Source: Kiritimatiellia bacterium (GTDB lineage: Bacteria > Verrucomicrobiota > Kiritimatiellia > RFP12 > UBA1067). From it: a stretch of 64,000 bases of DNA. The position numbers and the translations under genes were made by a program. Where the stretch lies: positions 1,483 through 65,482 of the forward strand of contig JAFXEU010000082.1 in the NCBI GenBank assembly GCA_017520845.1, written 5' to 3'. Every line of letters begins with the position of its first letter. Position 1 is the first letter of the stretch. Shown in pieces: positions 45,190 through 55,287 of the stretch. The notes beneath the pieces were generated by a model. That model was given only the letters and a program-made list of their open reading frames with translations. It was not told the origin of the DNA and ran no database searches.

Positions 45190-47025
45190 ATGAATCATGC
45201 TGCGATATTTATGTCTTTAATAGCAATTGCGGTATCGATATCATGCGACAAGGCGTGCGCTAAGGCCAATGCGGCCGATGCGCACGCTTTTGGTTCGCAG
45301 GTCGAGTTCGTTGACTGCCCCAAGTGCGATAAGCGTATGCGTATTTCCGAGGACGGTAAAAAGGCGTTCATAAATCGCAGTAAAGTGAGCGAGGATAAGC
45401 GAGCTGAAATGGTAGAGCGCGCGAAGCGCTTTCTTAAGCTCGCTGAGCCTATTAAGCCGGCCAATCCTAAAACTCCTCTTATGGGGTGGTCGAGCTGGAA
45501 TACTTTCGGAGCAGAGATTTCGGAGGGAGTAATCGTAGAGACGGCTCGCGCTATGGTTACTAACGGCTTAAGAGACGCGGGCTATGTTTACGTTAATTTG
45601 GACGACGGATTTTTTGACGGCCGCTATCCCGACGGTAAGCTTAAAATCCATGCGCGGCGCTTTCCCGAAGGGCTTAAGGGTACGGTCGATGCGATTCACG
45701 CTCTTGGTATGAAAGCGGGTATCTATTCTGACGCGGGAACTAATACGTGCGCGAGTTTTGGTGGCGAATTAGGCGGTAAGGGCGCGGGACTTTGGGGGCA
45801 CGATGCAGAGGATTGTAAGCTCTTTTTCAATGAGCTCGGTTTCGACTTCTTTAAGGTCGACTACTGCGGCGGATATCAGCAGAAATTACCCGAGCGCGAC
45901 CGCTATGCTGAGATTTCAAAAGCGATTCGCGCAACCGGCAGGGATGTTCATTTCAATATCTGCCGTTGGGCGTTCCCGGGCGCGTGGGCGGCGGACGTGT
46001 CGGACTCATGGCGTACTTCGGGCGATATCCGCGCCGATTGGGAAGTTATAAAATTTATTACGACCAATTCCTTCAATCTCGCTTCGTACGCACGCCCCGG
46101 CAAGTTCAACGATATGGATATGCTCGAGGTCGGTATGCTTAAGGGTAAGGTAAAGTCCGCGTTCGGCAAGACAGATCCCGGGATTACACGCGATGAAGAG
46201 ATAACTCATTTCGGCATGTGGTGCATTATGACATCGCCTCTGGTGCTCGGGTGCGATGTTAGGAATATGGATGGCGAATCTCTTAAACTCGTTAAGAATC
46301 CTTACCTTATCAGAATGAATCAGGATCCTCTCGGCTTGCAGGCGTATGTCGCGGCGCGAGAGGGCGAAGTTTATATGCTTACTAAGGACGCGTTTGTATT
46401 GCGCGGCACTTCGCGCTATGTGGCCGTATGCAATACTGGAGATACAGAGAAAGAGTTTACGATTAAAGCGCGCGATTTGGATTTAGCGGGTTCTATCGCG
46501 GCGTTTGATCTCGTTGAGCGCGGCGATTTAGGCGAGTTTACCGATGAGGTGACGATTCGCCTTAGACCTCACGCATCTAAGTTCTATCTTTTTGACGCGG
46601 AGCGTAGGTTAGATCGCGTCGTTTATGAGGCGGAGGGCGCTTTCCTCGCGGAGTACGATAATCTCGGTAAGCGCAGCCAGGGCTCGCGCATCGTTCCGAC
46701 CTGGTACGATGTCGAAGGCGCGTCGTGCGGCATGGTCGTCGCGAATCTCGGCGGCAATAAAGATAATACGCTTACATGGAGAGATGTTTATGTTTCTAAA
46801 TCGGGCGAATATACGCTTACGCTCCGTATTCGAACTGATAAGGATTGTGCGTTTTATATGACCGTCAATGACGGAGAGAAAATATTTGTTCAGGCGAAGG
46901 GTGGAGATAAGGCGAAGTTCATCGATTTAGCTTACACGGTAAAACTCAATTCCGGCTCGAATAAGATCAAGCTTTTTAACCTGACTGACAAGCTCCCTGA
47001 AATCGATTGCTTAACCGTAAGATGA
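45190..47025 (+). CDS. alpha-galactosidase, GH27, with C-terminal carbohydrate-binding-like domain
   Basis: PLMGWSSWNTFG, YVYVNLDDGF, FFKVDYCGG and DMDMLEVG are GH27 hallmarks. The C-terminus (VYEAEGAFLAEY...) is CBM-like. ATG 45190 gives the signal MNHAAIFMSLIAIAVSIS. Confidence 0.9.
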   Translation: MNHAAIFMSLIAIAVSISCDKACAKANAADAHAFGSQVEFVDCPKCDKRMRISEDGKKAFINRSKVSEDKRAEMVERAKRFLKLAEPIKPANPKTPLMGWSSWNTFGAEISEGVIVETARAMVTNGLRDAGYVYVNLDDGFFDGRYPDGKLKIHARRFPEGLKGTVDAIHALGMKAGIYSDAGTNTCASFGGELGGKGAGLWGHDAEDCKLFFNELGFDFFKVDYCGGYQQKLPERDRYAEISKAIRATGRDVHFNICRWAFPGAWAADVSDSWRTSGDIRADWEVIKFITTNSFNLASYARPGKFNDMDMLEVGMLKGKVKSAFGKTDPGITRDEEITHFGMWCIMTSPLVLGCDVRNMDGESLKLVKNPYLIRMNQDPLGLQAYVAAREGEVYMLTKDAFVLRGTSRYVAVCNTGDTEKEFTIKARDLDLAGSIAAFDLVERGDLGEFTDEVTIRLRPHASKFYLFDAERRLDRVVYEAEGAFLAEYDNLGKRSQGSRIVPTWYDVEGASCGMVVANLGGNKDNTLTWRDVYVSKSGEYTLTLRIRTDKDCAFYMTVNDGEKIFVQAKGGDKAKFIDLAYTVKLNSGSNKIKLFNLTDKLPEIDCLTVR

Positions 47026-47161
47026 AGTGAGGCCTTGGTTTTCTAACAAGGAGTGATTTTATGATTTCTGTTTTACCTATTTGAGGAGTCCCGCTTTTCA
47101 ATATTTTTGCGTCCGCAGGAAATATCGCTCGTGTCGCTCGTTGTGTTCGGCGTTGTGTTTT

Positions 47162-47170
47162 TGGTATAAT
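47162..47170 (+). promoter_or_regulatory. extended -10 box TGgTATAAT
   Basis: TGGTATAAT lies 36 nt upstream of ATG 47207. Confidence 0.5.
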
Positions 47171-47206
47171 GCAAAAGTTTAGAATTTGAAAATGAAAGAG
47201 TAAATT

Positions 47207-50029
47207 ATGAAAAAGTTATTTGTTTTATCTTTGTGTTTAACATCCGCATCTCTTTTTGCCCAGCCCGTTGTTCCCGGCGAATATACAGATCCTTCTAATC
47301 TCAAAAAGGTGTTCGAGCCTCCGCGCTATTTCAAAGCTCCCGTAGAACGCCAATTTCCCTACATGTCGATTTATTACGTCAAGCCGATCGTGACGACTGA
47401 CGAGAAGGTTGAGTTTAGTTATTACGTCACCGATTACAATCATTCCCAGGAGCGCTTTTGCGATAATTCCCATCGCTTTGATGTCTACTTAAAGGTTGTT
47501 ACTTCGACTGGGCGTGAGCTTAAGAGAACTAAGAGCGACGTTGGCGCGGGTGATGGTAAGTTCTCCTTCAAGCCTTTCCCGAAGGGCGAGTATGAGCTTT
47601 GTATCTGGGCGGTCGACCGCTCCAATAAACTCGAATCGCATCGCATCTGGCATACGTTCCGCGTCGTAACTCCCGAGGATCTTAAAATTCCCGCCGATAA
47701 AGTCTATACGGTAACGGCCGACGATCTTAAGGCGTATGAGATTTGCAATAAGGGTGATTTGGGGCGCAAGGTTCTCGTTGAAGTTCCTCAGCCTCCTAAA
47801 AAGATGTCTTTTAACGATCAGTTCAAGATGTACAAAGAGGTAATCGCGAAGTATATCGAAGAGAATCCTCCTAAAGCCGATGACGGTAAGGTCGGCTATA
47901 CGGTTTATGCTCCAGCGCGCGGCGGAAATATTATTTTCAACTCCTGGCGCGCTCTTAAGGTCGTAAACGATTCTGGTTACGATACGAATAAGGTTGAGCA
48001 AGCTGCTATTAAAACGGCGCAGGGATTGCAGAAACTTCTTAACGATAAGGCCGCCGCCGGCTTTAAAAAGGTTGTTATGCTCCCCGGCACTTACCGTATA
48101 AGCGGCTTCAGCTCCATTAGACTCCCTTCGAATATGACGCTTGACTTAAACAACGCTGTCATTAAATGCAACGCGTTTGCGGGCGTTCACGGGTGTATGG
48201 TCAGAATCGCGGATGTCAAGGACGCCCACCTGGTGAACGGCGTCTTGGAAGGTGATTATTTTGAGCATTATTACGACGCATTGCCCGGCAATCCCGAATG
48301 GCCGCTCGGATTTTCGATTTCCTCCGAGGCGGTTGACTGTTCCGTCGAAAATGTGGTTGTCAAGGATATCACAGGCTACGGCGGCAGTAACGGTATGGGT
48401 AGGCGCAACGGTTCGCTTCATCGTTTTTATCGCGGTTTGGGCAAGTTCGTTCCCGGTGCGCTCGATCCTAAGACCGGCGAGCTTATCGCGGATCGTAAAC
48501 TTCAGTTTACGAGCGGCTTCGTTAAGGTCGAGCCCGAAAAGGTTAAGCGTGTTCAAGTCTCGAAGTATCTCGGTTATCAGGGTATCGCTTCTCAGCAGTG
48601 GCAGCTCGTCGGATGCTGGTATGACAAGGATAAGAAGTTTATTTCGTCCGAGACCATCTATCAGTACCGTGAAATTCCAATTCCTGCTAATGCCGCTTTT
48701 CTGCGCGTAACTCAGCTCAACTGGTCTTTGGAAGAGGCCAATAAGTCCGGTCTTACGATTTGCGCGTTTTTCATCCCGAGAAACTGCATTATTAAGAATT
48801 GTACTTTCGATCGCGCACGCTGTGTAGGTTATGCCGCGAGCGCGATGAGAAACTTTCTTTTCGAGGGCAACTTCATCACCCGCAGCGGAGAATCCGCCGC
48901 CAAGTGCGCTTTCGACGCGGAAGACGGCTGGGATATGATGCAGGATACGACCTTCATCGGGAACAAGTGCAGCGGCAATATGCTTAACAACTCGCTTCTT
49001 ACATGCTGCGGACACAATTTCATTTTTGAAAAGAACGATTGCGCGCTTCACTTCTGGGGCCGTACGCATTCTCCGTGCGTGCGCGACAACAAGATCACCT
49101 CCGGTACGTATTACTGCGACAGCCAAAACCGCTCGGGGTACGGACGTTTCGCCCGCAATGCATATTCGAGAATGCTTTCGGTTCCCCAATCGAACGGTGA
49201 CGCCCGTTTAGGGTGGGATTTTGCGTTTGTGAACATGGATCTGATGAATCCCGATACGAACAGCTGCGCCAATGTGTCTCTGAGCGATACGGCGCGTCTG
49301 GTGAATTGCAAAGCCTCCAACCGCAATGTTTCGCCCGCCAATGCCGTCGGATGCTGTTTTGAAAACTGTCAGATCGGTTTTCTGAAAAGCGGTATATGGA
49401 ACGGAGTCGTGATGAAAGGCGGCAAGTTCAACGCGTTCAGAGGGAAGAACATTTTTGACAGATGCGATTTCACCAAAACTTCGTTCCACAACTTCGCCGA
49501 CGGCAAGCAGATATTCAGGAATTGCAAATTTGACGGTTGCAGCTTCGTCGGAATTTCAAACGGTTCGATAGAGTTTGAAAACTGCATATTCACCAAAACC
49601 TCAATGTGGAACGGATACTGGTGCAAAGCCAGCGACATAAAGTACAGGAACTGCACTTTCGACGTTCCCGGCAAATGCTTCCTAAGGCTTGGATCGTACG
49701 GTATCGGCCAGATCGAGTTCGATTCGTGCAAAGCGACCACGGACTTGAAGTCCGGAGTAATCTTCTGCGACATCTCGGACTGGCGCGCCAGCAAGCCCGG
49801 TGATACCGTCGCAGGCAGAATTTCGCTTGTCAACTGCTCGTTCGGTCCAGGTTTCGACAGCGCGGTCGGCTGCTCCTCGTTCAGGTGGGCGCCTAAAAAG
49901 CCCACCAAGTCGGTGACATACGTCACCAGGAACGTGAGAATGGCGAAGGGCGCTCCCGTTCTCGGCTCTCTTCCTCCGACGATTCCGCCGCCCCCGCAAC
50001 CTCAAAAGACTGAACCTGCCAAGAAATAA
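47207..50029 (+). CDS. secreted right-handed beta-helix protein (pectin-lyase fold; possible glycanase)
   Basis: Signal MKKLFVLSLCLTSASLFAQP. Serial N-C-x-F turns (NCIIKNCTF, FRNCKFDGCSF, FENCIFT, YRNCTF, LVNCSF). Pro-rich tail PPTIPPPPQPQ. Confidence 0.85.
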   Translation: MKKLFVLSLCLTSASLFAQPVVPGEYTDPSNLKKVFEPPRYFKAPVERQFPYMSIYYVKPIVTTDEKVEFSYYVTDYNHSQERFCDNSHRFDVYLKVVTSTGRELKRTKSDVGAGDGKFSFKPFPKGEYELCIWAVDRSNKLESHRIWHTFRVVTPEDLKIPADKVYTVTADDLKAYEICNKGDLGRKVLVEVPQPPKKMSFNDQFKMYKEVIAKYIEENPPKADDGKVGYTVYAPARGGNIIFNSWRALKVVNDSGYDTNKVEQAAIKTAQGLQKLLNDKAAAGFKKVVMLPGTYRISGFSSIRLPSNMTLDLNNAVIKCNAFAGVHGCMVRIADVKDAHLVNGVLEGDYFEHYYDALPGNPEWPLGFSISSEAVDCSVENVVVKDITGYGGSNGMGRRNGSLHRFYRGLGKFVPGALDPKTGELIADRKLQFTSGFVKVEPEKVKRVQVSKYLGYQGIASQQWQLVGCWYDKDKKFISSETIYQYREIPIPANAAFLRVTQLNWSLEEANKSGLTICAFFIPRNCIIKNCTFDRARCVGYAASAMRNFLFEGNFITRSGESAAKCAFDAEDGWDMMQDTTFIGNKCSGNMLNNSLLTCCGHNFIFEKNDCALHFWGRTHSPCVRDNKITSGTYYCDSQNRSGYGRFARNAYSRMLSVPQSNGDARLGWDFAFVNMDLMNPDTNSCANVSLSDTARLVNCKASNRNVSPANAVGCCFENCQIGFLKSGIWNGVVMKGGKFNAFRGKNIFDRCDFTKTSFHNFADGKQIFRNCKFDGCSFVGISNGSIEFENCIFTKTSMWNGYWCKASDIKYRNCTFDVPGKCFLRLGSYGIGQIEFDSCKATTDLKSGVIFCDISDWRASKPGDTVAGRISLVNCSFGPGFDSAVGCSSFRWAPKKPTKSVTYVTRNVRMAKGAPVLGSLPPTIPPPPQPQKTEPAKK

Positions 50030-50050
50030 AGGAAACGTCTATTTCGGTTG

Positions 50051-52063
50051 ATGTTCAAAATGAACATTCATTTCATCGGAGCGGGGGGCGTCGGCATGGC
50101 GGCTCTCGCTTTTCTGGCGAAGGCTCGCGGCGACTCCGTTTCGGGGTGCGACGCGTATTCTTCGCCGCGCACGCGTTGGCTGGAATCAGAAGGGATTCCC
50201 GTTGCAAAAGGCCATGAGCCATCTCATATCAACGATGCCGACGAGATAATCGTAACTCCCGCGGTTTCGCCGTCCAATCCCGAGTATTTGGCGGCAAAGG
50301 CTCGCGAGGCGTTGGGTTTGGCGCGGGTCAGGTATCGCGGCGAAATGCTCGCCGAAATCGTGTCGGCTCGCGAGTCGATCGCGGTCTGCGGTTCGCACGG
50401 TAAAACCACTACATCGACGTTTATCGCGCGACTCCTCGCGCGTCTGGGTGAAAAGGTCGTCTGGGCGATCGGCGGCGAAACGGGGGAATTTCCCGTTGCC
50501 GGTTCGGCAAACTGTGAACCTGATGAAGGCGTTCTTGTGGTAGAGGCCGACGAATCGGACGGTACTCTCGCGCTTTACAGCGCTTCGACGCTCGTTGTCA
50601 CAAATTGTGAGTACGATCATCCCGATCATTTCAAGACATTTGAAGATTATCTCGCCTGCTACGACAAGGCGAGAAGCCAGGCGGGCGAAGTGATTGAGTC
50701 AGAGTCTCTCGATCTCGATGAATTCACGTCGCGCGAAGAGTTCGCCTTTCTGTTGACGTTGCCTCTTCATAACCGGAAGAACGCCCGCGCGGCGATTGAA
50801 ATCGCGCTGAAACGCGGTTACAGCGCCGATGCGATAGCGGAAAAGCTCTCTGAAATAGTATGTGATCTACCCGATCGGAGATTTCAGAAGATATGGCCGG
50901 TTAAAGAGTCCGACAACGTTTCCAACGGCACCGTAATCGTTGATTACGCGCATCATCCGACGGAAATGAAGTGCGCCGTCGAAATGGCGCGCCGGATAAC
51001 GAAAGGGCGCCTTAGGGTTCTCTTTCAGCCGCACCGTTATTCGCGGACAAAAGCGTTGCTGAATGATTTCGCTCCGGCGATGGCTTTGGCCGACGAAATT
51101 GTTCTATGCCCCACGTATGCGGCGTTCGAAGAGCCGCGCGAAGGCGGCGATATTGCAGACTTATACCTGGCCTGCCGTAAAACGCTATCGGGGCGTGTCT
51201 ATCTTGCGAGAAGCTGCGCCGAAGCGTGGCGCCACGCGTATTTGGAAAGTGCCGAGGGTGATGTTACGCTTCTTCTTGGAGCGGGCGACATCATAAAGCT
51301 TGTTCCCCGGATAATTGAAGACTGCGAAAAAGAAAAACGCGCTCCGAAAAAGACGGATGTTTCCAAATTCTCGTTTTTTAAAACCGGCGGCGTCAGCGTA
51401 GGCGGAGGAGACGAGGTTGTGGTCGGTTGCGGCTCGAACCTGTGGATAAGCGATTTGACGTGCGATACCGTCTATAAGCGGATTGACGCTTCTGAAAATA
51501 CAGCGATAAGTTCTATCGGAAAATGTGTCGTGAGCGCTGGAACATTGGGGAAGACGCTTTCTATACCATGGATGACCGGGATTCCGGGCACTGTCGGAGG
51601 TTGGGTTAAGATGAATGCCGGAGCGTTCGGACATTCCATATCGGAGAAAATAACCCGCGTCAAAGCGGATGGGCGGTGGATATCTAAAGACGAGTGCGCC
51701 TTCGGCTATCGGCACAGCGGAATCAGCGGCGTGATTGAAGAAGTGGAGTTTGAAAATCTCGGCGTTGATAACGAAAGCGCAGAAGATTATCTCAATCGCC
51801 GAAAGAGGTTTCCGCCGCGTACATGCGGAAGTGTTTTTAAAAATCCGCCTGGAGATTTCGCGGGACGGCTGCTTGAGGAGGCGGGAGCCAAGTCGCTTCG
51901 TGTCGGCGGCGCGTATGTCTGGGAAGAGCACGCCAACGTCATTGTTGCGGGCGAAAACGCGACTTCAAGCGACATATTGGCTTTGGCGGGATTGATGCGC
52001 GAGAAGGTGCGTTACAGGTTTGGTGTAGAGCTCGAGCCTGAGATAGCCGGTCTTTCGTTTTGA
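50051..52063 (+). CDS. murC: fused UDP-N-acetylmuramate--L-alanine ligase / UDP-N-acetylenolpyruvoylglucosamine reductase
   Basis: The N-terminal ~430 aa carries MurC motifs (IHFIGAGGVGMAALA, CGSHGKTTTS, DYAHHP). The C-terminal ~230 aa carries MurB motifs (FKTGG, GCGSNLW, IPGTVGGWVKMNAGAFG, FGYRHS, CGSVFKNP). The two are joined in one frame. Confidence 0.9.
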   Translation: MFKMNIHFIGAGGVGMAALAFLAKARGDSVSGCDAYSSPRTRWLESEGIPVAKGHEPSHINDADEIIVTPAVSPSNPEYLAAKAREALGLARVRYRGEMLAEIVSARESIAVCGSHGKTTTSTFIARLLARLGEKVVWAIGGETGEFPVAGSANCEPDEGVLVVEADESDGTLALYSASTLVVTNCEYDHPDHFKTFEDYLACYDKARSQAGEVIESESLDLDEFTSREEFAFLLTLPLHNRKNARAAIEIALKRGYSADAIAEKLSEIVCDLPDRRFQKIWPVKESDNVSNGTVIVDYAHHPTEMKCAVEMARRITKGRLRVLFQPHRYSRTKALLNDFAPAMALADEIVLCPTYAAFEEPREGGDIADLYLACRKTLSGRVYLARSCAEAWRHAYLESAEGDVTLLLGAGDIIKLVPRIIEDCEKEKRAPKKTDVSKFSFFKTGGVSVGGGDEVVVGCGSNLWISDLTCDTVYKRIDASENTAISSIGKCVVSAGTLGKTLSIPWMTGIPGTVGGWVKMNAGAFGHSISEKITRVKADGRWISKDECAFGYRHSGISGVIEEVEFENLGVDNESAEDYLNRRKRFPPRTCGSVFKNPPGDFAGRLLEEAGAKSLRVGGAYVWEEHANVIVAGENATSSDILALAGLMREKVRYRFGVELEPEIAGLSF

Positions 52064-52067
52064 TATT

Positions 52068-52775
52068 ATGATTGATTGGCATATATTTCATAAAGGGGAG
52101 ACCGTCTCCACCAATACCGACGCCAGAGCGGGTCGCCACGGTGATGTGTTTACGGCGGATTTTCAAACGGCGGGCCGCGGACGGCTCGATCACAAATGGC
52201 TTTCCGAGAGAGGTGAAAATCTCATGATGTCGGTCGTTCTCGATGTCGCCGCTCTTGATGTCGCTCATGCGGCGACTTTGCCGCTTGCGGCGGGACTCGC
52301 AGCCGTTAAAACCATTTCCGCGTTTCTCGGTGCCGAGGCAGATGTTAAATTAAAGTGGCCGAACGACGTTTATGTATCCGGATTGAAGATTGCAGGTATT
52401 CTCTGCGAACGCGTCGGAGACAACGTCATCGTCGGCATCGGGATCAATGTCCGCCAGAAAAGATTCCTTGAAGAAATTTCAACGCGGGCGACTTCATTGG
52501 AACTTAACGGTTCGGGCGCCTCGGTCGATGAGGTCAGAGATGCGCTCTTGAAAAATCTTTCCGCCGTTTACGAGGTTTGGAGTGAAAAAGGTTTTGAAGT
52601 CATCTATCCGGAAATTGCAAGAATAGATTGGCTTAAGAATCGTGAAATCTCTATTATACAGACGGATGACGATGCTCTTCCTCTGCGCGGCGTGTGCGGT
52701 GGTATCGCCTCAAACGGTTCGCTTATTCTGAACAACGAATGCGTCTGGGCCGGTGAAGCGCACATATTATGTTGA
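52068..52775 (+). CDS. birA: biotin--[acetyl-CoA-carboxylase] ligase (no N-terminal HTH)
   Basis: QTAGRGRLDHKWLSERGENL (the GRGRxGRxW motif), KWPNDV, and KIAGILCE. Confidence 0.85.
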   Translation: MIDWHIFHKGETVSTNTDARAGRHGDVFTADFQTAGRGRLDHKWLSERGENLMMSVVLDVAALDVAHAATLPLAAGLAAVKTISAFLGAEADVKLKWPNDVYVSGLKIAGILCERVGDNVIVGIGINVRQKRFLEEISTRATSLELNGSGASVDEVRDALLKNLSAVYEVWSEKGFEVIYPEIARIDWLKNREISIIQTDDDALPLRGVCGGIASNGSLILNNECVWAGEAHILC

Positions 52776-52830
52776 TCACATTTTTCTTGATTAGTCATTA
52801 CAAAGGTTACGTGATAATATGATTGCAAAT

Positions 52831-52838
52831 TGTATAAT
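52831..52838 (+). promoter_or_regulatory. -10 box TG-TATAAT
   Basis: TATAAT (52833-38) lies 16 nt upstream of ATG 52855. This supports 52855 rather than 52819 as the GH95 start. Confidence 0.45.
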
Positions 52839-52854
52839 TGATTGTAACGAGAAC

Positions 52855-55176
52855 ATGAATCGCGGCGGACTGAAATTTTGCGGATGTATCGTTGTTCTGC
52901 TGTCAGTGTTGTTCAATTGTTCCGGTGCGCTCGCTTCTTCGCATATTTTAAGGTATAACAAGCCGGCAGATTTGTCCGTCAAGGGCTGGGAGAGGGAATC
53001 CATTCCGCTCGGCTGTGCGCATTTCGGCGTTTCCGTTTTCGGCGATCCCGCAAAAGAAAGACTCCAGGTTACGCATAACGCTTTTCTTACCGGCGGCAAA
53101 AAAAAGCGGAACACCGCGAATCTGACGAATGCGCTGGAAATATATCTCGATTTCCCCGTAGAGGAGTATGCGGATTATGAGAGAGGGCTTGATATAGATC
53201 GCGGTGTCGCCTGGACGGAATATGAATCTAAAGGAACGCGTTTCAGAAGAGAGTATTTCACTTCGTATCCCTCTCGTGTTCTCGCAGTCCGCCTGACGGC
53301 TTCACGAAAGGGGTCGGTTTCGTTTACGCTGCGTCCTGAAACGCCGTTTTTGTCTCCGTGGGAGAAAGACGGCGGCAACCAGAACTTCGGTAGGTGCGGT
53401 TCTGTAAGTTCGTCAGGTGCGACGATTGACGTGAATCAGGAGCTTGAGCGTTTCAAGGTTAAGTTCGCCGGTCGCTTTAAGGTTGTTCATGAAGGCGGCA
53501 ATTTATCCGATGACGGTAAGACGCTGAGCGTAAAGGGCGCTGATTCGGCGGTTGTTTATTTTTCATGCGATACAAATTACCGCCTCCGCCCGGAGGTTTT
53601 CTCGGCATCAGATGATAAAAAGCTTGATTCGGGCGATGATCCTTCTTCGCGTGTGAAGTCTTTCGTTTCGGCGGCGGTCGATAAAGGCTGGGATGCTCTT
53701 CTCTCAGAACATGAGGCCGATTTAAAGCGCCTTTTAGGAAGAGCGTCGATTGATCTTGACGTGAACGCTGAAGATGCGGAAAAGACGACGGATGCTTTGC
53801 TTAAAGAATATAAGAGCGGAAAGCGCAGCCGCTATCTCGAAGAAACTTATTGGCTGTTCGGACGCTACCTGCTCGTTTCGTCTTCGCGCCCCGGTTCGCT
53901 CCCCGCCAATCTTCAAGGCGTGTGGACCGTGCATAAAGTATCTCCGTGGGGGGCGGGATATTGGCATAACATCAATGTTCAGATGAATTACTGGCCCGCG
54001 TTCAACACGAATCTTGCAGAATGTTTTTTGCCGTATGCAGAATTCAATGCCGCGTTTCGTCCGTCTACACGCATCTTTGCGATCGAATATTTAAAGCGCC
54101 ATAATCTCGGCCCGATACCTGAAGAAGGCGAGGCTGAAAACATCTGGTGTGTAGGAACAGGCGTTTATCCCTATATGGTTTGCGGGGGCCCTGGCGGTCA
54201 TTCCGGTCCCGGTACGGGCGCGCTTACAACGAAACTTTTTGCAGACTGGTATGATTTCACTCTCGATCGCGGCGCGTTGGAAAAGCATGTTTGGCCGGTA
54301 GTGCAGGGAATGAGCGACTTCTTTACCCGATGCGTCGTCGAAACGAATGGAGTCTATCTTTCGAAGTTTTCGGCTTCGCCTGAACAGATGGAGGGGCAAT
54401 TGGAGGATAAATTCCGTTGGGGAATTGATAAAGCGCGTTACTACACGACGGTAGGTTGCGCGTTTGATCAGCAGATGATCTGCGAAAACGGCCGCGATCT
54501 TCTTCGCTTTGCCGATATTCTCGGACGCGGCAACGATCCTGTGGTTAAGAAAGTCCGCACTCAGATTGACAAGTATGATCCTGTTCAAATCGGAGCGGAC
54601 GGCCAGGTGAAAGAGTTTCGCGAAGAGAATAAGTATGCCGAAATCGGTCAGCGCCATCACCGTCATATTTCCCAGCTTGTGGGGCTTATGCCGGGCACGA
54701 TTATTACGCCTGCTACGCCCGAATGGCTGGCTGCCGCCCGCCGGACTCTTGATTTGAGGGGCGATCAATCGACGGGCTGGGCGCTCGCCCATAGAATCTG
54801 CGCACGAGCGCGGGCAGGTGACGGCAACAGGGCGCATAAACTGATCGGCAATCTCATTTCCACGCGCACCTATGACAATCTTTGGGATTCACATCCTCCG
54901 TTCCAGATAGACGGCAATTTCGGTGCGACCGCCGGCATAACGGAGATGCTGCTCCAGAGCCATAGCGGATATATTGATCTTTTGCCCGCTTTGCCTGACG
55001 CGTGGAGAAAGAAAGGCTCGTTCCATGGTCTTTGTGCGCGCGGCGCTTTCGAAGTTGATTGTTCATGGGAAGACGGCGTTCCGAAGCGCGTCGTGGTAAG
55101 AAGTCTTAAAGGCCGTACGCCGGATGTTCGTTTCCGCGGCAAGTCTGTCTCTTTCAGCCTCGAAACGTCCCGCTGA
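52855..55176 (+). CDS. alpha-L-fucosidase, GH95
   Basis: LQGVWT, YWHNINVQMNYWPA, DQSTGWALAHR and PFQIDGNFGATAGITEMLLQSH are GH95 signatures. Signal peptide present. Confidence 0.9.
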   Translation: MNRGGLKFCGCIVVLLSVLFNCSGALASSHILRYNKPADLSVKGWERESIPLGCAHFGVSVFGDPAKERLQVTHNAFLTGGKKKRNTANLTNALEIYLDFPVEEYADYERGLDIDRGVAWTEYESKGTRFRREYFTSYPSRVLAVRLTASRKGSVSFTLRPETPFLSPWEKDGGNQNFGRCGSVSSSGATIDVNQELERFKVKFAGRFKVVHEGGNLSDDGKTLSVKGADSAVVYFSCDTNYRLRPEVFSASDDKKLDSGDDPSSRVKSFVSAAVDKGWDALLSEHEADLKRLLGRASIDLDVNAEDAEKTTDALLKEYKSGKRSRYLEETYWLFGRYLLVSSSRPGSLPANLQGVWTVHKVSPWGAGYWHNINVQMNYWPAFNTNLAECFLPYAEFNAAFRPSTRIFAIEYLKRHNLGPIPEEGEAENIWCVGTGVYPYMVCGGPGGHSGPGTGALTTKLFADWYDFTLDRGALEKHVWPVVQGMSDFFTRCVVETNGVYLSKFSASPEQMEGQLEDKFRWGIDKARYYTTVGCAFDQQMICENGRDLLRFADILGRGNDPVVKKVRTQIDKYDPVQIGADGQVKEFREENKYAEIGQRHHRHISQLVGLMPGTIITPATPEWLAAARRTLDLRGDQSTGWALAHRICARARAGDGNRAHKLIGNLISTRTYDNLWDSHPPFQIDGNFGATAGITEMLLQSHSGYIDLLPALPDAWRKKGSFHGLCARGAFEVDCSWEDGVPKRVVVRSLKGRTPDVRFRGKSVSFSLETSR

Positions 55177-55200
55177 TTTGTCAGTCAGACTCTTAACCGT

Positions 55201-55271
55201 TAATATTGCAATAATTGCAATAATTGTTGCAATATTTATAAATGAATTGTATTCGATTTTTTTGTAAAATC
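55201..55271 (+). promoter_or_regulatory. promoter/operator module with three TTGCA boxes (copy A)
   Basis: TTGCAA at 55206, 55215 and 55227 (spacing 9 and 12), then TTTTGTAAAAT (-10, 55265-70). About 73% identical, without gaps, to 59300-59370. Confidence 0.5.
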
Positions 55272-55287
55272 TTATGGTAATCCAATA

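Noticed and set aside
47061-47084. Mini-ORF MISVLPI with a strong AAGGAG SD after the GH27 gene, and mini-ORF MHAE (59288-59302) with a GAAGGAGG SD upstream of the adhesin gene; possible leader peptides.
   Set aside because: Both lie upstream of the predicted promoters of the downstream genes (47162-70 and 59300-70). They share no sequence, and chance SD+ATG pairs are common. There is no attenuator-like alternative structure.
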